NCBI GenBank assembly: GCA_963820525.1
Contig: CAWGAA010000001.1
Coordinates: forward strand, 672,001-736,000
Reading direction: 5' to 3'
DNA length: 64,000 nt
From: an uncultured Spirochaetota bacterium
Lineage (GTDB): Bacteria > Spirochaetota > Spirochaetia > SZUA-6 > Fen-1364
Below are positions 11,430 to 21,056 of this stretch, piece by piece. A program made the translations under genes and the position numbers. Within the stretch, counting starts at the first letter, position 1. Every line of letters starts with the position of its first letter. The notes under the pieces were generated by a model. That model saw nothing but the letters and a program-made list of their open reading frames with translations, was not told where the DNA came from and did no database searches.

Positions 11430-11484
11430 CGAACAACCCCAGCGGCAACTTTTCGATAAAACTCTATAATATAAATGTTATATC
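11430..11484 (+). other. Putative attI site, core GTTATAT at 11477-11483 (5' limit approximate)
   Basis: First G/TT crossover after intI with no attC hairpin before it. The following cassette matches the attC-preceded copies at 21971 and 34554 from TTATATCC onward. Confidence 0.75.
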
Positions 11485-11872
11485 CAATCTAGATTTATAT
11501 TGATTATCGAATAGGCAACGAATTAGTAATTCAATAAAAAGAGATAATACGTGTTTCAATAGCTTGTTTAACCATGATGGCGTTGGCATTGCTCTGGAAG
11601 GATGGCGGTGTTGTACTAATGTTGCTTGCTTGCTCTTAGTTTCAATACACTGCACGTCACCGTGGCTTAATGGTCAACGATTTCATTATAGGGCTCGGAT
11701 CAAGCTCTTTCTCTTGAAACAACAACTCTTTTCTGTTGTCCTCAACACCATCATACTGGATGGATATAACATGCTGTTGGAGTTGTCCGCCTAGGCTACG
11801 CGTCGTTACTTATAGCTACGTTTGCTAGGGTTCCTTCGGTTGCTGATTCGGGGCGGCAACTCAACAGCGTCG
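11478..11872 (+). repeat. ORF-less family A cassette, first position in array
   Basis: ATGATGGCGTTG...CAACACCATCAT element plus attC; near-identical to 21971 and 34554. Confidence 0.9.
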
Positions 11873-11878
11873 TTAGCT
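11764..11878 (+). repeat. attC site (first of 81 counted; several subtypes)
   Basis: R'' ATATAAC, arm GTTG(G)AGTTG(T)CCGCC pairing with GGCGGCAACTCAAC, R' GTTAGCT. Confidence 0.95.
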
Positions 11879-11959
11879 GCTTCTTTATTTCTTTTACACA
11901 TTTTCCTAGTCTGTATTGGCTTTATTTTCTAGATATGATTTAATATTTGTAGCATTACA

Positions 11960-12421
11960 ATGCCAACCTTTAGAAAGGCTACTATTTCCGATATCGAATC
12001 TCTAATTTCCTTGCGCTTATCTTTTATAAATGAACTACATAAAGATTCTCCTGCTACAGACATTTCTTTGGAAACGGATCTGCGATCCTATTTCTCACAG
12101 AATATTAAAAGCAATCAGTTTATCGCTTGGCTAGCTATTGAAAATGACCAGATTATTGCTACTAGCGGATTGACTTTCTATCTATTACCACCCAATTCCA
12201 AGAATCCATCTGGCAAAGTAGCGTATATAATGAATATGTACACCCTGCCACATTTTAGGAACAAAGGCATTGCAAATGAATTATTTAAAAGAATTATTAA
12301 AGAAGCTCAATCACTTGGATATACGGAGCTATGCCTTCATGCAACAGAAATGGCAATTGGTATATATAAGAAATATGGTTTTATTGAACCACATGATAAG
12401 GAGTTGATGAAATATATTTGA
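11960..12421 (+). CDS. GNAT N-acetyltransferase (cassette)
   Basis: AYIMNMYTLPHFRNKGIA acetyl-CoA motif, IYKKYGF. Confidence 0.92.
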   Translation: MPTFRKATISDIESLISLRLSFINELHKDSPATDISLETDLRSYFSQNIKSNQFIAWLAIENDQIIATSGLTFYLLPPNSKNPSGKVAYIMNMYTLPHFRNKGIANELFKRIIKEAQSLGYTELCLHATEMAIGIYKKYGFIEPHDKELMKYI

Positions 12422-12587
12422 AAATAAGTCGCAATCATTTCAGCAATAATAGAATTTATTAATGAATATTAAGAGAAGCAGCTAACATGTCGTTGCAGCT
12501 GACCGCCCAAGCTACGCGTCGTCACTTTATACTACGCGCACATACTCGTTTGCTTTTCCTAATGCGGGGCGGCAGCTGAACTCATTG

Positions 12588-14935
12588 TTATATCCATCTA
12601 AATTTATATTGATTAGTGAAGAAGCATCGGATTATTAATTCGATAATAATAAAAGACGTATTTCAATTGCCTATTTGCCTATGATGGCGTTGGCATTGCT
12701 CTGGAAGGATGGCTGTGTTGTACTACATTGCTTGCTTTTCTTTAGTTTCAGTACATGGCACGTCACCTCGGCTTGCCAACACCGATTGCATTCAACGGCT
12801 CGGATCAAGCTCCTTCAATTGATTAGATAGATCTTTTCTGCTTTCCTCAACGCCATCATACTGGATGGATATAACATGCTGTTGGAGTTGTCCGCCTAGG
12901 CTACGCATCGTTACTGATAGCTACGCGCGCTGAAGCATTTGTACTTGGATGATTCGGGGCGGCAACTCAACAGCGTCGTTATCTCCATCTAGATTTATAT
13001 TGATTAGTAAATAAGCAACCAATTATTAATTCAAGAATATTGGATAATACGTTTTTCAATAGCTTGCTTTCCCATGATGGCGTTGGCATTGAGCGGGAAG
13101 GATGGCTGTGTTGTACTAGTTTGCCTGCTTGTTTTTAGGTTCAATACACTGCGCGTCACCTTGGCTTATTGTCACCGATTACATTATAGGGCTCTGATCA
13201 AGCTCTTTTAATTGATTCGATTGCTCTTTTTCTGCATTCCTCAACGCCATCATACTGGATGGAGATAACATGTCGTTGCAGCTGACCGCCCAAGCTACGC
13301 ATCGTCACTTGAAACTACGCGCGCTCAGGTATTTCTTTTTTTTGAGGCGGGGCGGCAGCTGAACTCCTCGTTATCTCCATCTAGATTTATATTGATTAGC
13401 AATGAAGTTAAGAATTATTAATTAAATAATCTTGGATAAGACGCTTTTCAATTTCATGTTTGCCCATGATGGCGTTGGCCTTTCTCTGGAAGGATGGCGG
13501 TGTTGTACTAGGTTGCACGCTTGTTTTTAGTTTCAATGCATGGCACGTCACCTTGGCTTATTATCACCGATTACATTCAACGGCTCGAATCAAGCTCTTT
13601 CAATTGATTCGCTAGATCTTTTCTGCTTTCCTCAACGCCATCATACTGGATGGAGATAACATGTCGTTGCAGCTGACCGCCCAAGCTACGCGTCGTCACT
13701 TGAAACTATGCGTGCTCAGCTATTTCCTTTTTTTGAGGCGGGGCGGCAGCTGAACTCCTTGTTATATCCATCTAGATTTATATTAATTAGTGAAGAAGCA
13801 TAGGATTATTAATTCGAGAATAATAAAAGACGTTTTTCAATCGCTTATTTGCCTATGATGGCGTTGGCATTGCTCTGTAAGGATGGCGGTGTTGTACTAC
13901 ATTGCTTGCTTTTCTTTAGTTTCAATACTTTGCACGTCACCTCGGTTTGCCAACACCGATTACATTCAACGGCTCGGATCAAGCTCCTTCAATTGATTCG
14001 ATAGATCTTTTCTGCTTTCTTCAACGCCATCATACTGGATGGATATAACATGCTGTTGGAGTTGTCCGCCTAGGCTACGCGTCGTTACTGATAGCTACGC
14101 GCGCTGAAGCATTTGTACTTGTATGATTCGGGGCGGCAACTCAACAGCGTCGTTATATCCATCTCAATTTAAATTGATTATCAATAAAGCATTGAATTAT
14201 TAATTCAATAATATAGGATAAGACGCTTTTCAATTTCATATTTGCCCATGATGGCGTTGGTATTTGGCGGGAAGGTTGGCGGTGTTGTATTACCTTGCCT
14301 GCTTTTCTTTAGTTTCAATGTATGGCACGTCACCTTGGCTTATTGTCACCGATTACATTCTACGGCTCGGATCAAGCTCTTTCAATTGATTCGATAGATC
14401 TTTTCTGCTTTCCTCAACGCCATCATACTGGATGGATATAACCAGTCGTTGCAGCTGACCGCCTAGGCTACGCGGCGTTAGTGAAAACTACGCGTGCTCA
14501 ATCATCTGTTCTTTCCTGATTCGGGGCGGCAGCTGAACTCCATGTTATCTCCATCTAAATTTACTTTGATTAGCAATGAAGTAAGTAAATATTAATTCAA
14601 AGATCTTGTATAAGACGTTTTTCAATAGCTTGTTTGCCTATGATGGCGTTGGCATTGCTCTGCAAGGATGGCGGTGCTGTACTAGGTTGCATGCTTGTTT
14701 TTAGTTTCAATGCATGGCACGTCACCTTGGCTTATTATCACCGATTACATTCTACGGCTCGGATCAAGCTCTTTCAATTGATTCGCTAGATCTTTTCTGC
14801 TTTCCTCAACGCCATCATACTGGATGGAGATAACATGTCGTTGCAGCTGACCGCCCAAGCTACGCGTCGTTACCTGAAACTACGCGTGCTAAGGTATTTA
14901 ATTTTTTTGAGGCGGGGCGGCAGCTGAACTCCTTG
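12588..14935 (+). repeat. Six tandem family A cassettes (starts 12588, 12979, 13371, 13762, 14153, 14545)
   Basis: ~391 bp period, each with the ATGATGGCGTTG/CAACGCCATCAT IR and its own attC. Confidence 0.92.
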
Positions 14936-14964
14936 TTAGCCCGCATTGAGATGGTCAGGTAGAT

Positions 14965-15504
14965 ATGAAAGCAGCTATTCTCGAGTGGATAGTGTCAATC
15001 CTGATTGAACATAAGAGCTTACTCTCCATCGCGATCAAACAGCGTTCAAAGTTCGAAGGATGGCTGAAGTATGAACTTGCTAGTCGTATGCTAGCAAAGG
15101 GTGCAACTAGCATGGAGGTAGAAGCAGCGTATCCAAGTTCAAAAACCAGATCCGACATCCATCTGAAAATAAGTGGCAAGGACTACTACATTGAACTAAA
15201 AACAGCGAACACAAATTGGAACATTAAAGGCACTACGAAAAAGGCGAAACCCATTACGATGAATGTGAACGGAATCATTAAAGATATCGAGAAGCTACGG
15301 TCACTATGCGATAGAGGAATTAGTGCGTTCATCTTGTTTCCGGTTCCCCTTGAAAAAGAGAAGTATTGGAAGTACATGGAACGCATTTCAAAAGAAACCA
15401 ACATTGATTTGTCCAAAACGTTGAAGTTCAGAACAATGACGACAAGTCTTGGAGGCAAAGACAAGGCTGATATCCTTATCTGCGTCTTAGAGGTGTCCAA
15501 CTAG
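14965..15504 (+). CDS. Hypothetical protein, PD-(D/E)XK nuclease-like (cassette)
   Basis: FEGWLKYEL...EVEAAY...RSDIHL...YYIELK spacing fits a restriction-endonuclease fold. Confidence 0.6.
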   Translation: MKAAILEWIVSILIEHKSLLSIAIKQRSKFEGWLKYELASRMLAKGATSMEVEAAYPSSKTRSDIHLKISGKDYYIELKTANTNWNIKGTTKKAKPITMNVNGIIKDIEKLRSLCDRGISAFILFPVPLEKEKYWKYMERISKETNIDLSKTLKFRTMTTSLGGKDKADILICVLEVSN

Positions 15505-15763
15505 ACAGCAGCAGTATCGCTAGGATGACCATGATACGCAAATAGGGTCTACAGAGCTAGGAAAATAAAACGGGAAAGAACAGACAATTCGAAATAAGCG
15601 CAATGGGATAATCAGAAAGATGTCACGAAACCGCAAGGACAATAAAATCGGCTGCGGGCTAACAAGTCGTTGCAGCTGACGCCGGGAGTTCCAGCTGTTT
15701 CGATTGAGTTTGGTCTACCGTGGTCCTTCGGTTGCTGATTCGGCGGCGCAGCTGAACTCCATG

Positions 15764-16156
15764 TTATATCCAATCTAGATTTATATTGATTATCGAATAG
15801 GCAACGAATTAGTAATTCAATAAAAAGAGATAATACGTGTTTCAATAGCTTGTTTAACCATGATGGCGTTGGCATTGCTCTGGAAGGATGGCGGTGTTGT
15901 ACTACATTGCCTGCTTGTCTTTAGTTTCAAGGCATGGCACGCCACCTTGGCTTATTATCACTGATTACATTCTACGGCTTAGATCAAGCTCTTTCTCTTG
16001 AAACAACAACTCTTTTCTGTTGTCCTCAACGCCATCATACTGGATGGATATAACATGCTGTTGGAGTTGTCCGCCTAGGCTACGCGTCGTTACTTATAGC
16101 TACGTTTGCTAGGGTTCCTTCGGTTGCTGATTCGGGGCGGCAACTCAACAGCGTCG
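15764..16156 (+). repeat. Family A cassette (mosaic)
   Basis: Flanks match the 11478 type; the middle matches the 32909 type. Confidence 0.9.
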
Positions 16157-16271
16157 TTAGACGCGTATAGGCTATCGTTCGAGTGTCTTTTTTCCATAAC
16201 CTTGAGCAAATGCTTGATAATCTACAATCAAGTCTTTCGTAAATAATTTATTTGCACCTGGAAATTGTTTC

Positions 16272-16808
16272 ATGCATATAACTCTCATGAGACACTTCAA
16301 AGTTCAATATCATTGGAAACCCTCTTATACTTCCGATGAATATGCTTCAGCAGATGCGGAATACGACAATGCAGATGTAATTGACCAACAAATACATCTT
16401 TCCAAAGAATATACAATGATTTTCGTAAGTACTTTAAGGCGGACTCAACAGACATTATACTATTTGTTTGGAAATGTTCCTTTTAAACAAACAAACCTAT
16501 TAGATGAAGTTCGGCTAGCTCCTTTTATGTATTCTAGAATCCGTCTCCCTCTTCTTATGTGGCTTATCATGGGTAGAATACAATGGTTCTTAAATATTAA
16601 ACGCCAACCAGAGGCCAGAACAGATACTATAAGAAGAGCCGAAGATTTTATAAAGACGATAAAAGCGCTAAATGGAAATGTATTAATTATAGGTCATGGC
16701 TTCTTCCTAAGAGTACTGGCGAGTAAGATTATTGGAATGGGATTTGTAGGAAAGGCTTTCGATTATTTACATAATGGTGAATATCATACATATTATTTCA
16801 AATCCTGA
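16272..16808 (+). CDS. Histidine phosphatase / phosphoglycerate mutase family (cassette)
   Basis: ITLMRHF, VSTLRRTQQT, LLDEV, VLIIGHG. Confidence 0.8.
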   Translation: MHITLMRHFKVQYHWKPSYTSDEYASADAEYDNADVIDQQIHLSKEYTMIFVSTLRRTQQTLYYLFGNVPFKQTNLLDEVRLAPFMYSRIRLPLLMWLIMGRIQWFLNIKRQPEARTDTIRRAEDFIKTIKALNGNVLIIGHGFFLRVLASKIIGMGFVGKAFDYLHNGEYHTYYFKS

Positions 16809-16975
16809 AAAATATTAAATACTTAAGACTCTTTTAGAAGCTTTATATTGTTTATAATTCTTATACGCGTCTAACAAGTCGTTGCAGTTGACCGCCTAAG
16901 TTACGTTTCTTTACTTGAGACTATGTTTGCTAAGTTCCTTCGGTTGCTGATTCGGGGCGGCAACTGAACTCCATG

Positions 16976-17414
16976 TTATATTCACGCATATTGAAGATTC
17001 TTAGATAATTTCAGTATTAGTTCCCTGTATACGTATGCTTGAGTATTGCTATCATAAAGGGCTTTTTTCCTATTTGAGTAATGTTGTGAGATTCACCTCT
17101 TTCATTTCTTTTCTTTCCTTTGCGCGGGCCCTGGTAGTCACTAGGTCAAAGCTCGCGCCACTCTTTTGGTGGCCTCTCTTACCTTTTAACCTTGTTTTCT
17201 TTCGTTCAAGGTTGAAGTCTAGATTCAACCTGTTGCGGTCAGCTTTTTTCACTCTCTTATAGTTCTCTGCATCGGCCCGCGCTAGTCTCTTATGTTTCCG
17301 CGTAAATATAACAAGTCGTTGCAGCTGACCGCCTAGGCTACGCGTCGTTAGAAATAACTACGCTCGTTCAAGTATTTGTTCTTTCTTGATTCGGGGCGGC
17401 AGCTGAACTCCATG
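16976..17414 (+). repeat. ORF-less family C cassette (divergent relative of B)
   Basis: GCGCGGGCC 17122-17130 / GGCCCGCGC 17274-17282, AGCTCGCGCC motif; near-identical copy at 38700. Confidence 0.88.
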
Positions 17415-17447
17415 TTATCCGTTCATCAGAAAGGTGGTAACAAAATA

Positions 17448-18110
17448 ATGGCAATTGCTCAAGTTGTTCTTGAATATATCAAGATATTGATATGGCCCCT
17501 AAGTGTCTTTATTTTCGTAATTATCTTCCGCATTCCACTTATAGAATTCCTTAGAAAAGTTCGTCACGCTGATCTTCCAGGTGGGTTGTCGCTTGATCTA
17601 CAAGAAAATATTCTTGAAGCTAAAGAGCTATCGCGAAAAGTTCAGAAAGAATATCACCAACAAGATGATACTCAAAAGCCATCTATTCCATTAACAGAAG
17701 CCAATGCTAGAATAATTCAATTGGGCCTTATGCCCTCTCCAAGTGGCCTTGATATGAATTATTACCGTGCACTAGCAAATCAGGATCCAACACTGGCATT
17801 AGCTGGACTAAGAATTGAAATTGAAATATTGGCAAAGAACCTTGCAAAAGGATTTAAGGTTACTATCAGAACCAATGATTCAGGACATATTTTACTTAGG
17901 AAATTGGCAGATAGTGGCGCTATAACACAAAACCAATTTCGCCTTGCCGAAAGAGTATTGCAATTATGCAATATTGCAATTCACGGTCAATTTGTTTCAC
18001 TTGAACAGACTGATAAAATACTCGAAATATCAGATATCTTAGCAGAGCAATATATTTCTTGGCTTAGCTGGGGGTTTAGCGATAATTGGAAGCTAATGAA
18101 TGAAAAATAA
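17448..18110 (+). CDS. Hypothetical protein, N-terminal TM helix and HEPN/DUF4145-like C-terminus (cassette)
   Basis: Hydrophobic ILIWPLSVFIFVIIF; LRIEIE...LLRKL...LCNIAIHG; start moved to the ATG after AGGTGG. Confidence 0.6.
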   Translation: MAIAQVVLEYIKILIWPLSVFIFVIIFRIPLIEFLRKVRHADLPGGLSLDLQENILEAKELSRKVQKEYHQQDDTQKPSIPLTEANARIIQLGLMPSPSGLDMNYYRALANQDPTLALAGLRIEIEILAKNLAKGFKVTIRTNDSGHILLRKLADSGAITQNQFRLAERVLQLCNIAIHGQFVSLEQTDKILEISDILAEQYISWLSWGFSDNWKLMNEK

Positions 18111-18251
18111 CCAAAGTGATACATATTTTATCTTACATGAACGGATAACAAGTCGTTGCAGCTGACCGCCTAGGCTACGTTTCGTTGCAGCCAACTACGC
18201 TTACTAAAGTATCTGTTCTTTCTTGATTCGGGGCGGCAGCTGAACTCCATG

Positions 18252-19428
18252 TTATATCCATCTAGATTTATATTGATTAGCAAATAAGCAACGAATTATT
18301 AATTCAATAATAGAATATAATACGCTTTTCAATAGCTTTTTTGCCCATGATGGCGTTGGCATTGTTCTGGAAGGATGGCGGTGTTGTACTACATTGGTTG
18401 CTTGTTTTTAGTTTCAATGTATGGCACGTCACCTTGGCTTATTGTCACCGATTACATTCAACGGCTCGTATCAAGCTCTTTCAATTGATTCGATAGATCT
18501 CTTCTGCTTTCCTCAACGCCATCATACTGGATGGACATAACATGCGGTTGGAGTTGTCCGCCTAGGTTACGCGTCGTTACCGATTGTTACGCTTGCTATG
18601 GTTCCTTCGGTTGCTGATTCGGGGCGGCAACTCAACCGCGTCGTTATCTCCATCTAGATTTATATTGATTAGCAAATAAGCAACGAATTATCAATTCAAG
18701 AATATTTGATAAGACGTTTTTCAATATTTTGCTTTCCCATGATGGCGTTGGCATTGGGCGGGAAGGATGGCGGTGTTGTACTAGTTTGCCTGCTTGTTTT
18801 TAGGTTCAACACACTGCGCGTCACCTTGGCTTATTGTCACCGATTACACTATTGGGCTCGGATCAAGCTCCTTTAATTGATTCGATTGCTCTTTTTCTGC
18901 TTTCCTCAACGCCATCATACCGGATGGAGATAACATGTCGTTGCAGCTGACCGCCCAAGCTACGCGCCGTTATTCGAAACTACGCGCGCTCAGGTATTTC
19001 CTCTTTTTGAGGCGGGGCGGCAGCTGAACTCCTTGTTATATCCATCTAGATTTATATTGAGTAGCAAATAAGCAACGAATCATTAATTCAATAATAGAAT
19101 ATAAGACGCTTTTCAATGGCTTTTTTGCCCATGATGGCGTTGGCATTGTTCTGGAAGGATGGCGGTGTTGTACTACATTTGGTTGCTTGTTTTTAGTTTC
19201 AATGTATGGCACGTCACCTTGGCTTATTGTCACCGATTACATTCGACGGCTCGTATCTAGCTCTTTCAATTGATTCGATAGATCTTTTCTGCTTTCCTCA
19301 ACTCCATCATACTGGATGGACATAACATGCGGTTGGAGTTGTCCGCCTAGGTTACGCGTCGTTACTGATTGTTACGCTTGCTATGGTTCCTTCGGTTGCT
19401 GATTCGGGGCGGCAACTCAACCGCGTCG
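18252..19428 (+). repeat. Three tandem family A cassettes (18252, 18644, 19036)
   Basis: Family A IR and motifs, each followed by attC. Confidence 0.92.
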
Positions 19429-19464
19429 TTAGACGGCAAAAGTTTTAAATAATAGAGGTGCAAT

Positions 19465-20196
19465 ATGATTACTGAATTCCCTAAGAACATTCATGACAAG
19501 CTGAAAACCTATGTCTACTTATATATTGATCCAAGAGATAATAGCATATTCTATGTAGGAAAAGGTGTCGGTAATCGTGCTTTTTCTCATCTAAAAGATT
19601 TTTCTGAAACATAAAAGTCTGAACGTATCCAAGAAATTACCCAACATGGCTCATGTCCAAGAATCGAAATATTAATCCACGGCCTTGATGATGAAACGGC
19701 AAAGAGGGTTGAAGCTTCGTTAATCGATTTGCTTGGAATTGATACTTTATTAAATCAAGTTAGAGGATACCAATCAAAAGAGTATGGCAGAATGTCACCA
19801 GAACAATTAATCGCAGTCTATGACGTGGAAAAGGTTGAAATAGAAGAACCCTCGATACTTATAACTATCAATAAATCCTTTCACTACGGAATGCAGCCTA
19901 TTGAACTATATGATGCAACCAGATCAGCGTGGGTTATTGGTGAAAGGAAACGTGCCGCAAAATATGCATTAGCTGTCTATTCGGGAGTTGTTCAAGAAGT
20001 TTATGAAATTAAGGATTGGTACCCATCACATTCTACTTTCAATACAAAAAACTATGAAGATGAAATTGAATCAAATGAGGATAGATGGGAATTTGTAGGA
20101 AAATTAGCTGACAATAAAATTAGAAATAAATATAAATTTAAAAATGTATCTGAATATGTTGGAGCTCAGAACCCTATAAAATATGTAAAATGCTAG
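19465..20196 (+). pseudogene. GIY-YIG (LEM-3-like) nuclease with premature TAA at 19612-19614 (cassette)
   Basis: ATG 19465 after [34 protein letters not shown]...SET*KSERI...VEASLID, in frame with ORF 19729..20196. Confidence 0.85.
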
Positions 20197-20315
20197 ATTT
20201 GCCGTCTAACATGCTGTTGGAGTTGACCCCTGGAATTTCAATTTGAACTGCTGCTTGCTTCTCGGACTCTACTGTAGCTTGGCCCTTCGGGCGGCGGGGC
20301 AACTCAACAGCGTTG

Positions 20316-20737
20316 TTACATCCACGCTAATAATTTCTTTGAGAGAATATTTTGCCTATTCTGTTTTGAATTATTCAAAGCAAATAAAGAATTCGATTTA
20401 GCAATCTTGCAGGTTTTACTTTGTTGAATTCCTCTGATACTTTTGCGCGGGCCATGTAAGTTCCCATTGGAACAGCTTGCGCCCATTAGCTGAAAGGGCA
20501 TCATCAACTTTTAACATCATTTTCTTTCGCTATGCCCGAATTCTATCATCAATCAACTAACCTTATATTTTCTTCATATCGTGAAGCTTCTTTGCTGGCC
20601 CGCGCATATTGTTCTGTTTCCGCGTAGATGTAACATGCGGTTGGAGCAGACCGCTTGGACTACGCGTCGTTACTGATTGCTACGCAAGTTAAAGTAATTG
20701 TACCTGTATGATACGGCGCGGCTGCTCAACCGCGTCG
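20316..20737 (+). repeat. ORF-less family B cassette
   Basis: TGCGCGGGCCA 20444-20454 / TGGCCCGCGCA 20596-20606 IR plus attC. Confidence 0.92.
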
Positions 20738-20783
20738 TTATGACGCCCAAATTTTCAGTAGCTTGAATTGCTAATCTGATGAC

Positions 20784-20839
20784 TTGACTTCATGCCTATT
20801 GATCGATAAGATTATAGTTGTACGTAGAACTTATCGATC
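20784..20839 (+). promoter_or_regulatory. Putative TA promoter and operator
   Basis: TTGACT-N17-TAAGAT overlapped by the IR GATCGATAAG / CTTATCGATC (20801-20839). Confidence 0.6.
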
Positions 20840-20849
20840 GGAGGCTACT

Positions 20850-21056
20850 ATGGCTACAGTAACCATATCCCCTAAGTTTCAAGTTGTGATTCCTAAGGAT
20901 GTCAGACAGAAACTTGGACTTACTCCTGGCCAGAAAGTGCAGACCATCCTTTTTGAAGATCGAATTGAACTAATTCCCGTGAAGGCCATTAAAAAGATGA
21001 AAGGTTTCCTTAAAGGAATTGATACTCATATTCCTAGAGAATCTGATAGAATATGA
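20850..21056 (+). CDS. vapB: AbrB/MazE-type antitoxin (VapB)
   Basis: MATVTISPKFQVVIPKDVRQKLGLTPGQKV; GGAGG RBS; ATGA overlap with the toxin. Confidence 0.88.
   Translation: MATVTISPKFQVVIPKDVRQKLGLTPGQKVQTILFEDRIELIPVKAIKKMKGFLKGIDTHIPRESDRI

Noticed and set aside
11325..11476. Pc promoter and LexA box near intI/attI
   Set aside because: TATAAT at 11465-11470 has no matching -35, and I saw no CTGT-N8-ACAG or GAAC-N4-GTTC box
11564..11794. Plus-strand ORFs in ORF-less cassettes (MFNHDGVG...; also 46584..46826 and 17035..17262)
   Set aside because: Present only in near-identical copies and broken in the other subtypes, with no RBS; some run into attC
12588..14935. CRISPR or guide-RNA array reading of the ~391 bp repeats
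   Set aside because: The repeats are attC sites, the intervening units are homologous along their whole length instead of unique spacers, and no cas or other effector gene is present
17070..17252. Lys/Arg-rich minus-strand ORF in family C
   Set aside because: The composition follows from the T/C-rich top strand, and two near-identical copies give no evidence of coding selection
18273..18346. Sigma70 promoter in the family A leader (TTGATT...TATTAA, or minus-strand TTGAAA)
   Set aside because: The spacing and -10 element are not consistent across copies; needs TSS mapping
18347..18525. Retron msr-msd: a 12-bp a1/a2-like IR around ~160-180 nt
   Set aside because: There is no reverse transcriptase in the window, no long msd hairpin and no confident branching G. 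Not called, though a genome-wide RT search and an msDNA prep would settle it
20316..20507. Recurrent minus-strand 63-aa ORFs in family B (MMMPFQLMGASC...)
   Set aside because: They stop early in B3, lose the first ATG in 23640 and 53241, and run into attC in B2; recurrence reflects DNA identity
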